Source of the DNA: Porticoccus sp.
Lineage (GTDB): Bacteria; Pseudomonadota; Gammaproteobacteria; Pseudomonadales; Porticoccaceae
Reading direction: 5' to 3'
DNA: 64,000 nucleotides
Assembly (NCBI GenBank): GCA_002733125.1
Contig: NVUM01000009.1
Location: 11,451-75,450, forward strand
Under the pieces are notes generated by a model that worked only from the letters and a program-made list of their open reading frames with translations, was not told the DNA's origin and made no database searches. The translations under genes were made by a program, and so were the position numbers. Positions 1-10,522 of the stretch are shown here, piece after piece; position 1 is the first letter of the stretch, and every line of letters begins with the position of its first letter.

Positions 1-199
1 TGTCCGTCCCCCAGCCCTCTTTGTAGAGAATCGCAACACCATATTGTGCGTCGGCATCACCTGTGGCGGCCAGTTCGGAGAGAATGGCATATCCTTCATC
101 CAGCTTGCCACTGCGGACAGCTTCATAACCCTCTTCGAGGGTTTCTGCCCACGCCGAGATCGAAAAGATAATACCTATTAATAAGCTGATATATTTCAC
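1..199 (-). CDS. Sel1-like repeat exported protein (runs off window start)
   Basis: Manual translation from GTG at 199: MKYISLLIGIIFSISAWAETLEEGYEAVRSGKLDEGYAILSELAATGDADAQYGVAILYKEGWG; signal peptide plus Sel1-type GDAxAQY...LY..G.G. Confidence 0.7.
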   Translation of the reverse strand, partial: MKYISLLIGIIFSISAWAETLEEGYEAVRSGKLDEGYAILSELAATGDADAQYGVAILYKEGWGTD

Positions 200-404
200 G
201 GACACTCCAGAGATAGTCATTCTGTTATTTTGTCGTCGGCACAGGAATTACCTGAACGACATCCTGTGGAAGAGAGCGATATTGTCGTATGCAAATCTTC
301 CGGTTGAGACGTTTGATTGTCTCAAGGGTTACGAGTTCACTTTGCATGACGGATCATATTCAGAAATACCCGTCGAGGGACGGCTGAGCCAGGCGAGACA
401 ACTG

Positions 405-665
405 TCATTGTAGCAACCGGTGTCCGGCAGGTAATTGCCGTGCCATCCACAGTGCCAGTTTATGCTTCATGTGGACGATATCATGCTGTTCATTGGCCAG
501 TGGCTGAATCAGTTTGTCGTGCACCAGAAGCTTATAAATGTATTCGATTTTTTCGTTGGCTGAGTCGCTGGCTTCAAATTTTGCGGCACCACGTTTTTCC
601 GCATAGATCATGCCTATCCGCAGTGCTTCCTTGAGGAGTTCGGTCTCGTGTTTCAGTTTGGACAT
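405..665 (-). CDS. DUF5062-like conserved small protein
   Basis: 86 aa, LLKEALRIGMIYAEKRG...KIEYIYKLLVHDKLIQPL pattern; directly follows cysE. Confidence 0.65.
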   Translation of the reverse strand: MSKLKHETELLKEALRIGMIYAEKRGAAKFEASDSANEKIEYIYKLLVHDKLIQPLANEQHDIVHMKHKLALWMARQLPAGHRLLQ

Positions 666-681
666 GGATAGTTTCCTGGGG

Positions 682-1467
682 TCAGTCGCAGCAGCCGGTA
701 AGCCCCTGGTCCATCAGTTCGGCAGGGGAGTCGGTATCAATCGTGCCCACAACGGTTGCCGGAACGCCTGCAACCACAGAGTGGGGGGGGACATCGTTCA
801 AAACCACGCTGGCAGCCGTTATTTTGGAACCGGCACCAATTTCGATGTTGCCAAGGATTTTTGCGCCAGGGCCAATCATCACGCCGCGCCGCACTTTGGG
901 ATGACGGTCCCCGGACTTCTTGCCGGTGCCACCGAGGGTCACTGACTGCAGGATAGACACGCAGTCCTCGATGATGGCCGTTTCACCAATGACGATACCG
1001 GTGGCATGGTCAAACATAATGCCGCGACCGATGCTGGCGGCGGGGTGAATGTCCACGCCAAAGGTCACCGATATCCGGTTTTGCAGAATTAGCGCCAGAG
1101 ATTTTCTGTCCCGCTCCCAGAGCCAGTGAGCGGCACGCCAAGCCTGCAGGGCGTGAAATCCCTTGTAGTAGAGAAACGTGGAGAAGAGGTTCTGGCAAGC
1201 CGAATCCCGCTGATAGATGGCGATAATATCGCAATTGACGCAATCTTCGATATCCGGATCTGCTGCAAAAGCCTCCTCGAACACCTCGTGCAGCGTAAGC
1301 GCTGACATGGCGCTACAGCCAAGTTTTTCTGCCAGCAGGAAACCGAGGGCTGCCAGCATTGAGTCGTGTTTCAGAAGGGTGACTTGCAGAAAACTGGCCA
1401 GTACCGGTTCTTCTCCGGCAACCACTCTGGCTTCCTGCTGAATTTTTTGCCAAAGGCTTGTGCTCAT
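682..1467 (-). CDS. cysE: Serine O-acetyltransferase
   Basis: YKGFHALQ, DIHPAA, DHATGIVIGETA, VTLGGTGK..GDRHPK motifs. Confidence 0.95.
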   Translation of the reverse strand: MSTSLWQKIQQEARVVAGEEPVLASFLQVTLLKHDSMLAALGFLLAEKLGCSAMSALTLHEVFEEAFAADPDIEDCVNCDIIAIYQRDSACQNLFSTFLYYKGFHALQAWRAAHWLWERDRKSLALILQNRISVTFGVDIHPAASIGRGIMFDHATGIVIGETAIIEDCVSILQSVTLGGTGKKSGDRHPKVRRGVMIGPGAKILGNIEIGAGSKITAASVVLNDVPPHSVVAGVPATVVGTIDTDSPAELMDQGLTGCCD

Positions 1468-1518
1468 AAGCGGAAATCTTGATGTTTGACAGTAGGGGCC
1501 ATTATCAAGGTCGGCCGG

Positions 1519-2271
1519 TTAATTTTCCAGCGGCGTTCGCGCCAGACACCAAACATCGACCCTGACAGCCCCCGCGTTCATCAGCAAATCGCTCAGTTCC
1601 CCGACGGTGGTGCCGGTGGTCATCACATCATCCACCAGGCCAATGTGTTTCCCGTTCACTGGTGCCTTGAGCTGAAAGGCACCCCTTATATTGGTCAACC
1701 GCTCTTTGCGGGATTGCCCCTGCTGATGCGGCGTATGTCGGTGGCGACTCAGTAGCTGTTGATCAACCGGGATGGCAAGTCGCCTGCTCAAAAAGCGGGA
1801 CAGCCAACCCGCCTGGTTGAAGCCCCGTGTAAATTGCCGTCGCCAGTGCAGTGGCACCGGTGCAAGCAAGTCAGGGAAAGCGGATTCCGGGTTGTTTTGG
1901 GACGTCAATATCGCGGACACCAGTAACTCGGCCAGCAGTGTGCCACGGTTGAAGTGGCCCCGGTGTTTGAAACTGTTGACCAGACGATCCACCGGATACG
2001 CATAACGTAGGGGGGCAATGCAGTGATGAAAAGCGGGTGGGTTGACCAGGCATCGGCCACAAACGGCTGGGGTGGTCAGGGGCAGGCCACACCGGGAGCA
2101 GGCTGGCCAATTAAACGGCAGTGCTGCCTGGCAATCGGCGCACAGATCCCGTCTCCGACCGGAGGCAATACCACACAGCAGACATTGCCCCGGTAGCAGT
2201 CCATAGCTGGCCCGGTGCAGCAGTCGGGTCCATCGAACACGGTCAAATACAGCTTTTGCCGATGGGTACAT
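1519..2271 (-). CDS. comF: ComF family phosphoribosyltransferase-like protein
   Basis: N-terminal CxxC zinc ribbons, PVPLH, RGFNQ, LVDDVMTTGTT; divergent from bioB. Confidence 0.9.
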   Translation of the reverse strand: MYPSAKAVFDRVRWTRLLHRASYGLLPGQCLLCGIASGRRRDLCADCQAALPFNWPACSRCGLPLTTPAVCGRCLVNPPAFHHCIAPLRYAYPVDRLVNSFKHRGHFNRGTLLAELLVSAILTSQNNPESAFPDLLAPVPLHWRRQFTRGFNQAGWLSRFLSRRLAIPVDQQLLSRHRHTPHQQGQSRKERLTNIRGAFQLKAPVNGKHIGLVDDVMTTGTTVGELSDLLMNAGAVRVDVWCLARTPLEN

Positions 2272-2274
2272 CGC

Positions 2275-2306
2275 TTGTTAACCTGAAATCCATTTATGGT
2301 TGACAG
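2275..2306. promoter_or_regulatory. BirA operator overlapping the bioB promoter
   Basis: TTGTTAACC-N14-GGTTGACAG palindrome; contains -35 TTGACA (2300-2305), TATCAT at 2322-2327. Confidence 0.85.
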
Positions 2307-2362
2307 TGGTGTTGGCTCACCTATCATAGCGAGCTGTCACTGCACTATATGAGAGATAGCCG

Positions 2363-3421
2363 ATGTCCGCCAGCCACACCACAGATATTCGCCATGACTG
2401 GAGCCGTAAGGAGGTCTTGGCGCTGTTCAATCAGCCCTTTAATGACCTGATGTTTCAGGCGCAGGTGGTGCACCGTGAGCATTTCAACCCCAACGAAGTG
2501 CAACTCAGCACATTGCTCTCGATCAAAACGGGTGCCTGCCCGGAGGACTGTAAATATTGTCCGCAAAGTGCCCGCTACGATACGGGCCTCGAGAAGGAGA
2601 AGCTGTTGGCTGTGGAGCAGGTGATCGAGGAGGCAAAAGCCGCCCGGGCGAGCGGTGCCACCCGTTTCTGCATGGGCGCTGCCTGGCGGTCGCCAAAAGA
2701 CAAGGATATGCCCGTGGTGGCTGAGATGGTTCGTCAGGTCAAGGCGCTCGGCCTGGAAACCTGTATGACCCTGGGTATGCTGGAGGCAGAGCAGGCCCGG
2801 CTACTGGCCGACGCAGGTCTGGATTATTACAACCACAATCTTGATACGTCTCCGGAGTATTACGGCGAAATCATCACCACGCGCACCTATGAGGATCGCC
2901 TGAACACCCTGGATAATGTGCGCCAGGCGGGTATGAAAGTCTGTGCGGGGGGCATCGTCGGTATGGGTGAGGGAGAAAAAGACCGGGCGGGGCTGTTGAT
3001 GCAGTTGGCCAATCTTCCCCACCATCCGGAGTCGGTGCCGATCAATATGCTGGTGAAAGTGGCGGGCACTCCACTGGATAGCCAGGAAGACCTGGACCCC
3101 TTTGATTTTCTTCGCACGATAGCGGTGGCCCGTATTCTGATGCCGAAATCCCACGTGCGGCTCTCTGCTGGCCGCGAGGAAATGAATGACCAGATGCAGG
3201 CGCTGGCCTTTATGGCGGGTGCCAACTCCATTTTCTACTGCGAAAAGTTGCTCACCACCCCCAACCCCAAGGCCAACAGTGACATGCAGCTGCTCAGCCG
3301 TCTCGGTATCCAGCCTGAAACACACCGGGTTGAGCGGGACAGCCTCGAGGAAGAGCGGGCTTTGCAGCGGGCAATAGCCGAGGTGGAGACAGACCACCTG
3401 TTCTACAACGCTGTGAATTAG
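2363..3421 (+). CDS. bioB: Biotin synthase
   Basis: Radical [26 protein letters not shown]. Confidence 0.97.
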   Translation: MSASHTTDIRHDWSRKEVLALFNQPFNDLMFQAQVVHREHFNPNEVQLSTLLSIKTGACPEDCKYCPQSARYDTGLEKEKLLAVEQVIEEAKAARASGATRFCMGAAWRSPKDKDMPVVAEMVRQVKALGLETCMTLGMLEAEQARLLADAGLDYYNHNLDTSPEYYGEIITTRTYEDRLNTLDNVRQAGMKVCAGGIVGMGEGEKDRAGLLMQLANLPHHPESVPINMLVKVAGTPLDSQEDLDPFDFLRTIAVARILMPKSHVRLSAGREEMNDQMQALAFMAGANSIFYCEKLLTTPNPKANSDMQLLSRLGIQPETHRVERDSLEEERALQRAIAEVETDHLFYNAVN

Positions 3422-3500
3422 ACGCTCTCTACATCCGCAGTATTTTTATCACAGATCATCGCCGGAGCAGTGGATTCGCTTACCCGGAGGGAAGGGTCAG

Positions 3501-4691
3501 ATGACATCATCCATGGACCAGGTGTTACAGGCGCGACTGGATCAACGTCAGATTGACAACCTGTATCGCCGTCGACACCTGTTGCAGTCGGCTCAAAACA
3601 GTATTGTGCAGGTGGACGGTAAAACCTGCGTGGCCTTTTGCAGCAATGATTATCTGGGACTGGCCAGTCACCCGGCTGTGATCGACAGCATGCGACGCGG
3701 TGTCGAAACCTACGGGGTCGGCAGTGGTGCCTCGCATCTGGTTTACGGCCACTCCCAGGAGCATCATGCCCTGGAGGAAGAACTGGCTGCGTTTACCGGT
3801 CGGCCCCGGGCGCTGTTGTTTTCCACCGGTTACATGGCCAATCTGGGTGCTATACGGGCTTTGGTAGACAAGGGCGATCACGTTTACCAGGATCGCCTTA
3901 ACCACGCATCCCTGCTGGATGGCGGATTGGCCAGCAACGCCCCCTGCCAGCGCTATCGGCATGCCGATGTCGGCGACCTCACCCGGCGACTGGGCAAGGC
4001 AGAAAAGGGCCGAAAACTGGTGGTCACTGATGGTGTGTTCAGCATGGATGGGGATCTGGCGCCGCTGCCAGCGTTGGCCCGGGCCTGTGCCGAACAGGAT
4101 GGCTGGCTGATGGTGGACGATGCTCACGGTTTCGGTGTGCTGGGAAAAAACGGCGGTGGTCTGGCAGAGCACTATGGGCTCGGTGTCACCGATGTGCCGG
4201 TGTTGGTGGGAACCCTGGGCAAGGCGTTTGGCACATTCGGTGCTTTTGTGGCCGGTTCTGATGCCCTGATCGAAACCCTGATCCAGTATGCCCGCACCTA
4301 CATTTACACCACCGCATTGCCCCCCTCCGTGGCGGCGGCCACTCGCATCAGTCTGAAAATACTGCGCCGGGAAACCTGGCGCCGGGAAAAACTGGTCAGC
4401 CTGATTGAACGGTTCAGGGCGGGGATCGACGAACTCGGGCTGGAGTTGTTGAATTCACCGACGCCCATCCAGCCGGTCCTGTTGCATGATGACGCGCTCT
4501 GTTACCGGGTGGGTGAGGGGCTGCGTGCCAGGGGATTTCTGGTGGGTGCGATCCGTTCTCCCACTGTTCCTGTGGGCAGAGCAAGATTGCGCATAACCCT
4601 CTGTGCCGAGCACACCGACGATCAGGTGGATGCGCTGGTTGAGGCGATTGGTAAGACTGTGGCGGAAGTCGGGAAAATTCACAGTGAATAA
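3501..4691 (+). CDS. bioF: 8-amino-7-oxononanoate synthase
   Basis: [37 protein letters not shown]. Confidence 0.95.
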   Translation: MTSSMDQVLQARLDQRQIDNLYRRRHLLQSAQNSIVQVDGKTCVAFCSNDYLGLASHPAVIDSMRRGVETYGVGSGASHLVYGHSQEHHALEEELAAFTGRPRALLFSTGYMANLGAIRALVDKGDHVYQDRLNHASLLDGGLASNAPCQRYRHADVGDLTRRLGKAEKGRKLVVTDGVFSMDGDLAPLPALARACAEQDGWLMVDDAHGFGVLGKNGGGLAEHYGLGVTDVPVLVGTLGKAFGTFGAFVAGSDALIETLIQYARTYIYTTALPPSVAAATRISLKILRRETWRREKLVSLIERFRAGIDELGLELLNSPTPIQPVLLHDDALCYRVGEGLRARGFLVGAIRSPTVPVGRARLRITLCAEHTDDQVDALVEAIGKTVAEVGKIHSE

Positions 4692-4783
4692 CCCGTATTT
4701 CCTCACGGCCTGTAAAAAAATCTGTGATGGGCAGGGTCAATGGCCTGCAATCCGGGAGATCGTTTAGGTTGGTACAACGTGCA

Positions 4784-5494
4784 ATGGTTAAACAATTTTT
4801 TGTGACAGGCACCAATACCGGTGTTGGCAAAACCCTGATCAGTACCGCGTTGCTGGCCACAGCCCGCGACAGCGGATTGACCACTGTCGGGTTGAAACCG
4901 GTAGCTGCCGGGTGTGAGGTCACGGGTGAGGGGCTCCGCAATGCCGACGCCCTGTCGCTACTGGCCCAGTCGAGTCTGCCGTTGTCCTATGAAGAGGTAA
5001 ACCCGGTGGCACTGGCGCCTGCGATTGCACCGCACATTGCCGCTGCAGAAGCCGGTCGTCGGCTGAGTGCCGAGCGGCTGGCGGGGTTCTGCCGGGGTAT
5101 TATGCTGCAACCGGTGGACCTTTTGCTGATCGAGGGGGCAGGTGGTTGGCGAGTGCCCCTGAACGAGCGAGAAACGTTCGCTGACCTGGCCAAAATTCTG
5201 CAGTTGCCGGTGATTCTGGTGGTGGCGATGGAGCTGGGCTGTATCAATCACGCGTTGCTTTCGGCAGAGGCGATCCAGCGGGACGGGCTAAAGATGGCAG
5301 GTTGGGTCGCCAACCAGGTTTGTCCCGAGCAAATGGACCGCTACCATGAGACCTTGGCGAGCTTGCAAGCCCGATTGCCATGCCCCATGATCGGTGCAGT
5401 GCCATGGTTGCCGAACCCGACCCCGGAACAGGCAAAGCCATTCCTGAAGCCGGGTTTTTTAACGGCAAAAAACCAATTAACCAGTGGTGAATAA
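4784..5494 (+). CDS. bioD: Dethiobiotin synthetase
   Basis: FVTGTNTGVGKT, KPVAAG, IEGAGG, LGCINHALL; start set at ATG 4784. Confidence 0.95.
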   Translation: MVKQFFVTGTNTGVGKTLISTALLATARDSGLTTVGLKPVAAGCEVTGEGLRNADALSLLAQSSLPLSYEEVNPVALAPAIAPHIAAAEAGRRLSAERLAGFCRGIMLQPVDLLLIEGAGGWRVPLNERETFADLAKILQLPVILVVAMELGCINHALLSAEAIQRDGLKMAGWVANQVCPEQMDRYHETLASLQARLPCPMIGAVPWLPNPTPEQAKPFLKPGFLTAKNQLTSGE

Positions 5495-5497
5495 TTT

Positions 5498-5686
5498 ATG
5501 GGTATGAGAAGCGAAGAAGAGTATTCAGAGGAAGATCTGGAGCGAATCCGCCAGGTGGTCAACTCGGGCATCCATTCGGTGGAGCGAAAACCGTTTCGCT
5601 TCAGTCTGTTGTTCCTGTGGTGGATTGTGGTGGCGGCCATGGGTGGCGTCGCCTGGTTTTTCGCCAGAATGATCGGTGCGGTTTAA
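5498..5686 (+). CDS. DUF3094-like small membrane protein
   Basis: 62 aa, HSVERKPFR followed by one TM helix. Confidence 0.65.
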   Translation: MGMRSEEEYSEEDLERIRQVVNSGIHSVERKPFRFSLLFLWWIVVAAMGGVAWFFARMIGAV

Positions 5687-6141
5687 TCGGCCAGACACAA
5701 AATCGTCTGCCATTCCTCGTCCGTGACAGGGACGATGGATAATCGCCCCTGTCTGAACAGCACCATGTCCTGCAGGGTCCTCTGTTGTTTCAACTCCGAC
5801 AGTGGTATCAACCGCGCGAATTTCCTGACCAGTTTTACATCCACACAGAACCAGCGCGGTTTGTCGGCCGAGCTGGCCGGGTCATAGCCGTCGCTTGCCG
5901 AATCAAACTGGTCGGGGTCAGGATAACCTGCGCTGGTGATGACCATGATCCCTGCAATTCCTACTGCCTTGCAGCTCGAATGATAGAACAGCGCCCGGTC
6001 TCCCGGTTTGACCCGGTCGCGCAGATGATTGCGCGCCTGATAGTTGCGAATGCCATCCCACCGGCATTGCTGGTCCGGTTCGGCAGCCAGATGATCGATG
6101 CTGAAAACGTCGGGTTCGGATTTGAACAGCCAGCAGGCCAT
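5683..6141 (-). CDS. EVE domain protein
   Basis: WLFKSEP, WDGIRNYQARN, FYHS, RLSIVPV. Confidence 0.92.
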   Translation of the reverse strand: MACWLFKSEPDVFSIDHLAAEPDQQCRWDGIRNYQARNHLRDRVKPGDRALFYHSSCKAVGIAGIMVITSAGYPDPDQFDSASDGYDPASSADKPRWFCVDVKLVRKFARLIPLSELKQQRTLQDMVLFRQGRLSIVPVTDEEWQTILCLAD

Positions 6142-6250
6142 GATGGCATCTCTGGATAATCAGTCGAGGAATATCAATCAAAGTGTCCGGGGATGCCGGG
6201 CCGCCTCAACAGCAACCCGGCTTGTTTCTCCCGGAAAGTAAAAAGGCCGG

Positions 6251-7264
6251 TCAGGCGTCTTTGACCCGGACCATCAGTTTGCCGGTATTTTCACCGGTAT
6301 ACAGTTTCTTGACGGCCTGCAGGGCGGTTTCCAGTCCCTCTGACACATCCAGGCGAGCCTTCAGTCTGCCGTCCTTCATCCAGCCAATCAGTGCCTCGGT
6401 CGCTTCCGGGTAGCGATCCATGTAGTCCAGGATGATGAAGCCCTGAATTTTCAGGCGGTGCATCAGAATCAAACCATAGTTGTAAGGGCCGGGTACCGGT
6501 TCGGTGGCATTGTACTGGGAGATCAGTCCGCAGGTGGGGATACGGCCATGCAGGTTCATCTGCTTGAGACATTCGTCGAGAATCTTGCCACCGACGTTAT
6601 CAAAATAGACGTCGATGCCGTTTGGGCAGGCCTTGGCCAGTGCCTCCGCGACATTTTCGGTTTTGTAGTTAATGGCCGCATCAAAGCCGAGCTCCCGGGT
6701 AATCCACTGACATTTCTCATCTGATCCGGTCAGCCCAACCACATGGCATCCCTTGATCTTGGCGATCTGGCCAACGAGGCATCCCACAGCGCCTGCCGCC
6801 GTGGAAACGACCACGGTTTCACCGGGCTGTGGGTCACCGATCTCCAGCAAACAGAAATAGGCGGTGGGGCCAACCAGGGCCAGTGTGCCAAAGGCATCGA
6901 TGACGGGCACATCGCCAACTTCACCCAGCAGGCCAACGGTGGCTGGTGAGCCGATCTGGTAATCTGCCCAGCTGCCGATACCGCTGACAATATCGCCGGC
7001 CTTGAACTCAGGGGTGTTGCTTTTGATCACGGTGCCGCAGACGACGCCACGCATCGGGGCGTTGATCGCCACCGGTTCCATATATTGCTCCATGTCGCTC
7101 ATCCAGATCCGATTGGTGGGATCCAGTGACAGGTAGTTGAGACGAAACAGGCACTCGCCCTCACCGGGCTCCGGAATGGCTTCCTGTTCCAGGCTCAATA
7201 CATCATCGGTAATCTCTCCTACAGGGCGCTTGCGCAAACGCCATACTCGATTGGTGTCTGACAT
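6251..7264 (-). CDS. NADP-dependent oxidoreductase (CurA/prostaglandin reductase family)
   Basis: YLSLDP, AAGAVG, YFDNVGG, CGLISQYN; AAGGAG RBS before ATG 7264. Confidence 0.9.
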   Translation of the reverse strand: MSDTNRVWRLRKRPVGEITDDVLSLEQEAIPEPGEGECLFRLNYLSLDPTNRIWMSDMEQYMEPVAINAPMRGVVCGTVIKSNTPEFKAGDIVSGIGSWADYQIGSPATVGLLGEVGDVPVIDAFGTLALVGPTAYFCLLEIGDPQPGETVVVSTAAGAVGCLVGQIAKIKGCHVVGLTGSDEKCQWITRELGFDAAINYKTENVAEALAKACPNGIDVYFDNVGGKILDECLKQMNLHGRIPTCGLISQYNATEPVPGPYNYGLILMHRLKIQGFIILDYMDRYPEATEALIGWMKDGRLKARLDVSEGLETALQAVKKLYTGENTGKLMVRVKDA

Positions 7265-7364
7265 GGTGTTGTTCTCCTTATTTGTCATCGTGAAGTGGAT
7301 CGGCTCTGCGTTTCTTGCTGCGGATTTTTATTCCCGGTCTGCTGGTTGTAAGCAGAACCCAAGG

Positions 7365-7856
7365 TTAGCTGATAAAAAAAACATCGTACTTGACGTACCC
7401 TTCGGGTCCAAACTGGATTTCTGTCATCTTGTTGATGCACTGAATATCGTTGAGCCAGGCGTATTTCTCTGCCGAGGTCTGAAAGGTGGGCGCGGCGATA
7501 AAGTAGGGAATATCCTTATCAGTCAGCAACTCGCCATTGCTGAGCCGCTCTGCACTCTCGGAGGAATTTTTGATAATACCGTTGTAGCTCATATAGATAT
7601 GGGCACCATCATCTGTTTCGATCAGTCCCCTCACATCCAGCCGGAAAGTACCACTTGGCATAATGCGCAGCCAGTCGGCACCCGGCGCAATGAACTGGCC
7701 ATTGATGTCAGGGCCCCTGACCCAGCCACCGGGACGCACATTGACAATCATCAGCCCCGAATCAATTGAGACAGGCGGATCCAGCGGTGCCAGATAGGTC
7801 ATGATGTATTGGGTGGTCAGGTGGGTACTGGATTGCGGACTGTCGTGCAGGGCCAT
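7365..7856 (-). CDS. DUF3237 family protein
   Basis: PGADW, LDVR, ETDDGA.IY, PTFQT..EKYAWLN; start uncertain. Confidence 0.8.
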   Translation of the reverse strand: MALHDSPQSSTHLTTQYIMTYLAPLDPPVSIDSGLMIVNVRPGGWVRGPDINGQFIAPGADWLRIMPSGTFRLDVRGLIETDDGAHIYMSYNGIIKNSSESAERLSNGELLTDKDIPYFIAAPTFQTSAEKYAWLNDIQCINKMTEIQFGPEGYVKYDVFFIS

Positions 7857-8104
7857 CAGTAAACTCTCTCTCTGACAATGCAGTTTATTGGTATCGGTCA
7901 CCGCCGTGATGTTGCTTCAGGCCACTTTTTCTGTCGATAGACGGCCGAAGTTAACGCACGGATAACCATTCAATGCTTTCGCGGGACGGTGCCTGAGCAT
8001 TCAGCATCCTAGCGGTTTTTGAATGCTCAGTACAGTAAGTCGCCGTGCTGGTTGAGTAGTGCTCTGGACCGGCGACATAGGCGTGCCTAGAGAAAGAGAC
8101 GGGC

Positions 8105-8293
8105 CTAGAAAAAATCGAGATCACTGTTCAAGACAATTTTTTCCAGACAAATTGTCTGGTCGTCAGTCTCCGCGTGATCTGTCTGCCACTGGCGGGGGAT
8201 AGGTGTGTAGTGAATCACTTCCGGTGATGCAGTGTGTTTGGGAATCGCCGGTTTTGGCAATATTCTGATGGGTTCTCTGTGGTTCAGGTTCAT
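8105..8293 (-). CDS. Small hypothetical protein (62 aa)
   Basis: Strong AAGGAGGT RBS before ATG 8293; family not recognised. Confidence 0.55.
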   Translation of the reverse strand: MNLNHREPIRILPKPAIPKHTASPEVIHYTPIPRQWQTDHAETDDQTICLEKIVLNSDLDFF

Positions 8294-8340
8294 GGCTACC
8301 TCCTTGATGACCAGTCCAGTGTGACGGCTCAGCATGAAAG

Positions 8341-8356
8341 TGTGATGGCAGTAACA
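8341..8356. promoter_or_regulatory. CRP/Vfr-like site
   Basis: TGTGA-TGGCAG-TAACA, one mismatch to TGTGA-N6-TCACA, 48 bp upstream of the 62-aa ORF. Confidence 0.4.
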
Positions 8357-8372
8357 TGACAACGAGCCAGTT

Positions 8373-9800
8373 CTAACGAATGATTTTGATCCACTCGCCG
8401 GGCTTCGGTTCCCCAACCGGGTAATAATTATTGATGATGCGTAACTCATCTTCCCCGTACTGCCCCAGTTTCAGGTGTTGGGCCAGCAGGGCAAACGTGC
8501 TGTTTTTGGTGGCTTTTACGTAGTGAATATTCTTTGTTTCAGTGGCCTGCAGGCTGCGTTTTGAGACGGGTCGAAAGCTGCCAATAATGTCCATGAGTTG
8601 CCGGTTGCCCAGTGACGGGTCGGCACTGCGCTCCAGTGTTCCCCGGAAGACAAAGGCCCGGTAGCCGTAGTAGATCACCGCCAGTCTTTGGTCCGGCTGT
8701 CCCTGTGTGCCCGGTATCAGGCCGGTATGACCCTGAAGACGGAACTGGACGAGGGGTTCAGACTGTTTGAGCAGAGGAATCCCCAGCGGTTGTTTGATGA
8801 ACTGGTCCGGGCTGACTCTGGTGCGATTCATCGCCGTTACCGCGATTTTGGCATCGCCGGTGTCGTTGCGGGCGTTGACCAGTGGCGGCTGTTCGCTGAA
8901 TTGCCAGCCTTTGGGAAAATACATCATAAAGGCAAGTTCTTCGTTCAGATAGGCGTTCTCCGGCAGTCGTCGCGTTGCAAAATTTTCACCCCAGACCATG
9001 CCATCAGTGGCAATACGAAAGGGCGTGACATTGTGTTCAACCTTCATGTCATTCGGCATCGATCCTGCGTTGCTGACCACTTCCCGCAGTCTCTGATCAT
9101 TCCGTGGGTGGGTGGCAAACAGGCCGTGGTAGGTCTGCGGTTCCCGGCCGGAATCCAGGGCACGTTTTTTTTCCAGCCGTTCGTGATCTTTCAGCATGGT
9201 AATCACTTCAATCATGGCCTGGGGGTCATAACCGGACTTGTGCAGGTAGCGGCTGCCGATTTCATCGGCTTCAAGCTCCATATCCCGCCCATAACCGCTG
9301 ACCATGGATGCGCCCCACAGTGCACTGGCCTGACCCACCTCCATACTGCGGGTGAGAATGGCGAGCAGCCCCGCAACGAATTTTGAGCCAGTCTGGGCCC
9401 GCTTCTGGCGAGCGTGATGTCCTGCGGTGACGTGGCCGATTTCATGGGCCAGCACCGCTGCCAGCTGGGCTTCGGAGTTGAGGTAGCCAATCAGGCCGCG
9501 GTGGATATAAACATAGCCGTCCGGCAGGGCGAAGGCATTGATATCGGGATTGTCGATGACCGTGAACGTAAATGACTCCCCGGCCTGATCCGAGTGACGG
9601 ACAATGCGCTGACCAACCTGGTCGACATAGTCAGCCAGTTTGCCCTCCACCAGTGGCATATTGGCGATGATTTCGCGGTGCATTTCCTCGGGCGTTTCCG
9701 GGGGCTTGCCCGCAGCCATCGCAGCGCAACAGCAATTCAGCAGCGCTATCAACAGGAGCACGCGATATTGCGGTAAACCCAGTTGCACGGCAAAGATCAC
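8373..9800 (-). CDS. M48 family metalloprotease with LysM-like C-terminus
   Basis: INAFALPDG, HEIGH (HExxH), ELEAD, ATHP; signal peptide. Confidence 0.9.
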   Translation of the reverse strand: MIFAVQLGLPQYRVLLLIALLNCCCAAMAAGKPPETPEEMHREIIANMPLVEGKLADYVDQVGQRIVRHSDQAGESFTFTVIDNPDINAFALPDGYVYIHRGLIGYLNSEAQLAAVLAHEIGHVTAGHHARQKRAQTGSKFVAGLLAILTRSMEVGQASALWGASMVSGYGRDMELEADEIGSRYLHKSGYDPQAMIEVITMLKDHERLEKKRALDSGREPQTYHGLFATHPRNDQRLREVVSNAGSMPNDMKVEHNVTPFRIATDGMVWGENFATRRLPENAYLNEELAFMMYFPKGWQFSEQPPLVNARNDTGDAKIAVTAMNRTRVSPDQFIKQPLGIPLLKQSEPLVQFRLQGHTGLIPGTQGQPDQRLAVIYYGYRAFVFRGTLERSADPSLGNRQLMDIIGSFRPVSKRSLQATETKNIHYVKATKNSTFALLAQHLKLGQYGEDELRIINNYYPVGEPKPGEWIKIIR

Positions 9801-10522
9801 GGGCTGCCGGGGCCCGCCGGGGCAAAAAAGCTCTGGAGTCGGGTGCCGATCCCTTCGCAGGCTTCACCCTGAACCCTGGCGATAAAGGGGATTGGTGCAC
9901 CCACCGCCAGCAAATACGATGATCCCTTGCTGTCTACCTGCACCCGCCCCTTTTCGCCCAATTTGCCGAGGTCCCAGATAATCGCTTCATAATTGGCGGC
10001 CTTGTCCCAGGAGGAAAAACCAAAGCAACCACCGCCCCCGGGAGCGACAGCACAGCTGATGGCACCACTTTTTTCTGTGGTCTCGATATTGCCGTCCACC
10101 CAGATCATGTAGCGAATACCCAGTTCACGCACCCGCTTGCCGATCAGTGGATCCTCCAACATGCCCCCCATACGTTTTAGCCCGAGTGGTGCCATGCGCG
10201 GTTCAAACCAGGGATAGAAGCTGTCGAGAAACTGTTGCTCGGGCATGACTGACAGCTGTCCCTGATTGGCCAGTCTGGTGCCGATACAATTGATGAAGTC
10301 CGGATCGGTTTCATAGGCGCCGCTGTGCCGTCGCCCGACCACCACCACTTTCTCGTTATCGTTCAACGGCAACAGGGTGCTGGATGGACGAAATTCGTCG
10401 ACCCGGGTGGACGTGCCACAGGCACTGGTCGCGAGCACGCACAATAGGAGCCAGGGGAGGGCACCTCTCACCGTTCTGTCCTCTGGCTCAATTTGGCGGG
10501 CGCTTGACGGTTGGCCAGCCAC
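9797..10522 (-). CDS. Hypothetical lipoprotein
   Basis: Lipobox-like LATSAC; overlaps neighbours; true start probably ~50 nt further in. Confidence 0.7.
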   Translation of the reverse strand: MAGQPSSARQIEPEDRTVRGALPWLLLCVLATSACGTSTRVDEFRPSSTLLPLNDNEKVVVVGRRHSGAYETDPDFINCIGTRLANQGQLSVMPEQQFLDSFYPWFEPRMAPLGLKRMGGMLEDPLIGKRVRELGIRYMIWVDGNIETTEKSGAISCAVAPGGGGCFGFSSWDKAANYEAIIWDLGKLGEKGRVQVDSKGSSYLLAVGAPIPFIARVQGEACEGIGTRLQSFFAPAGPGSP

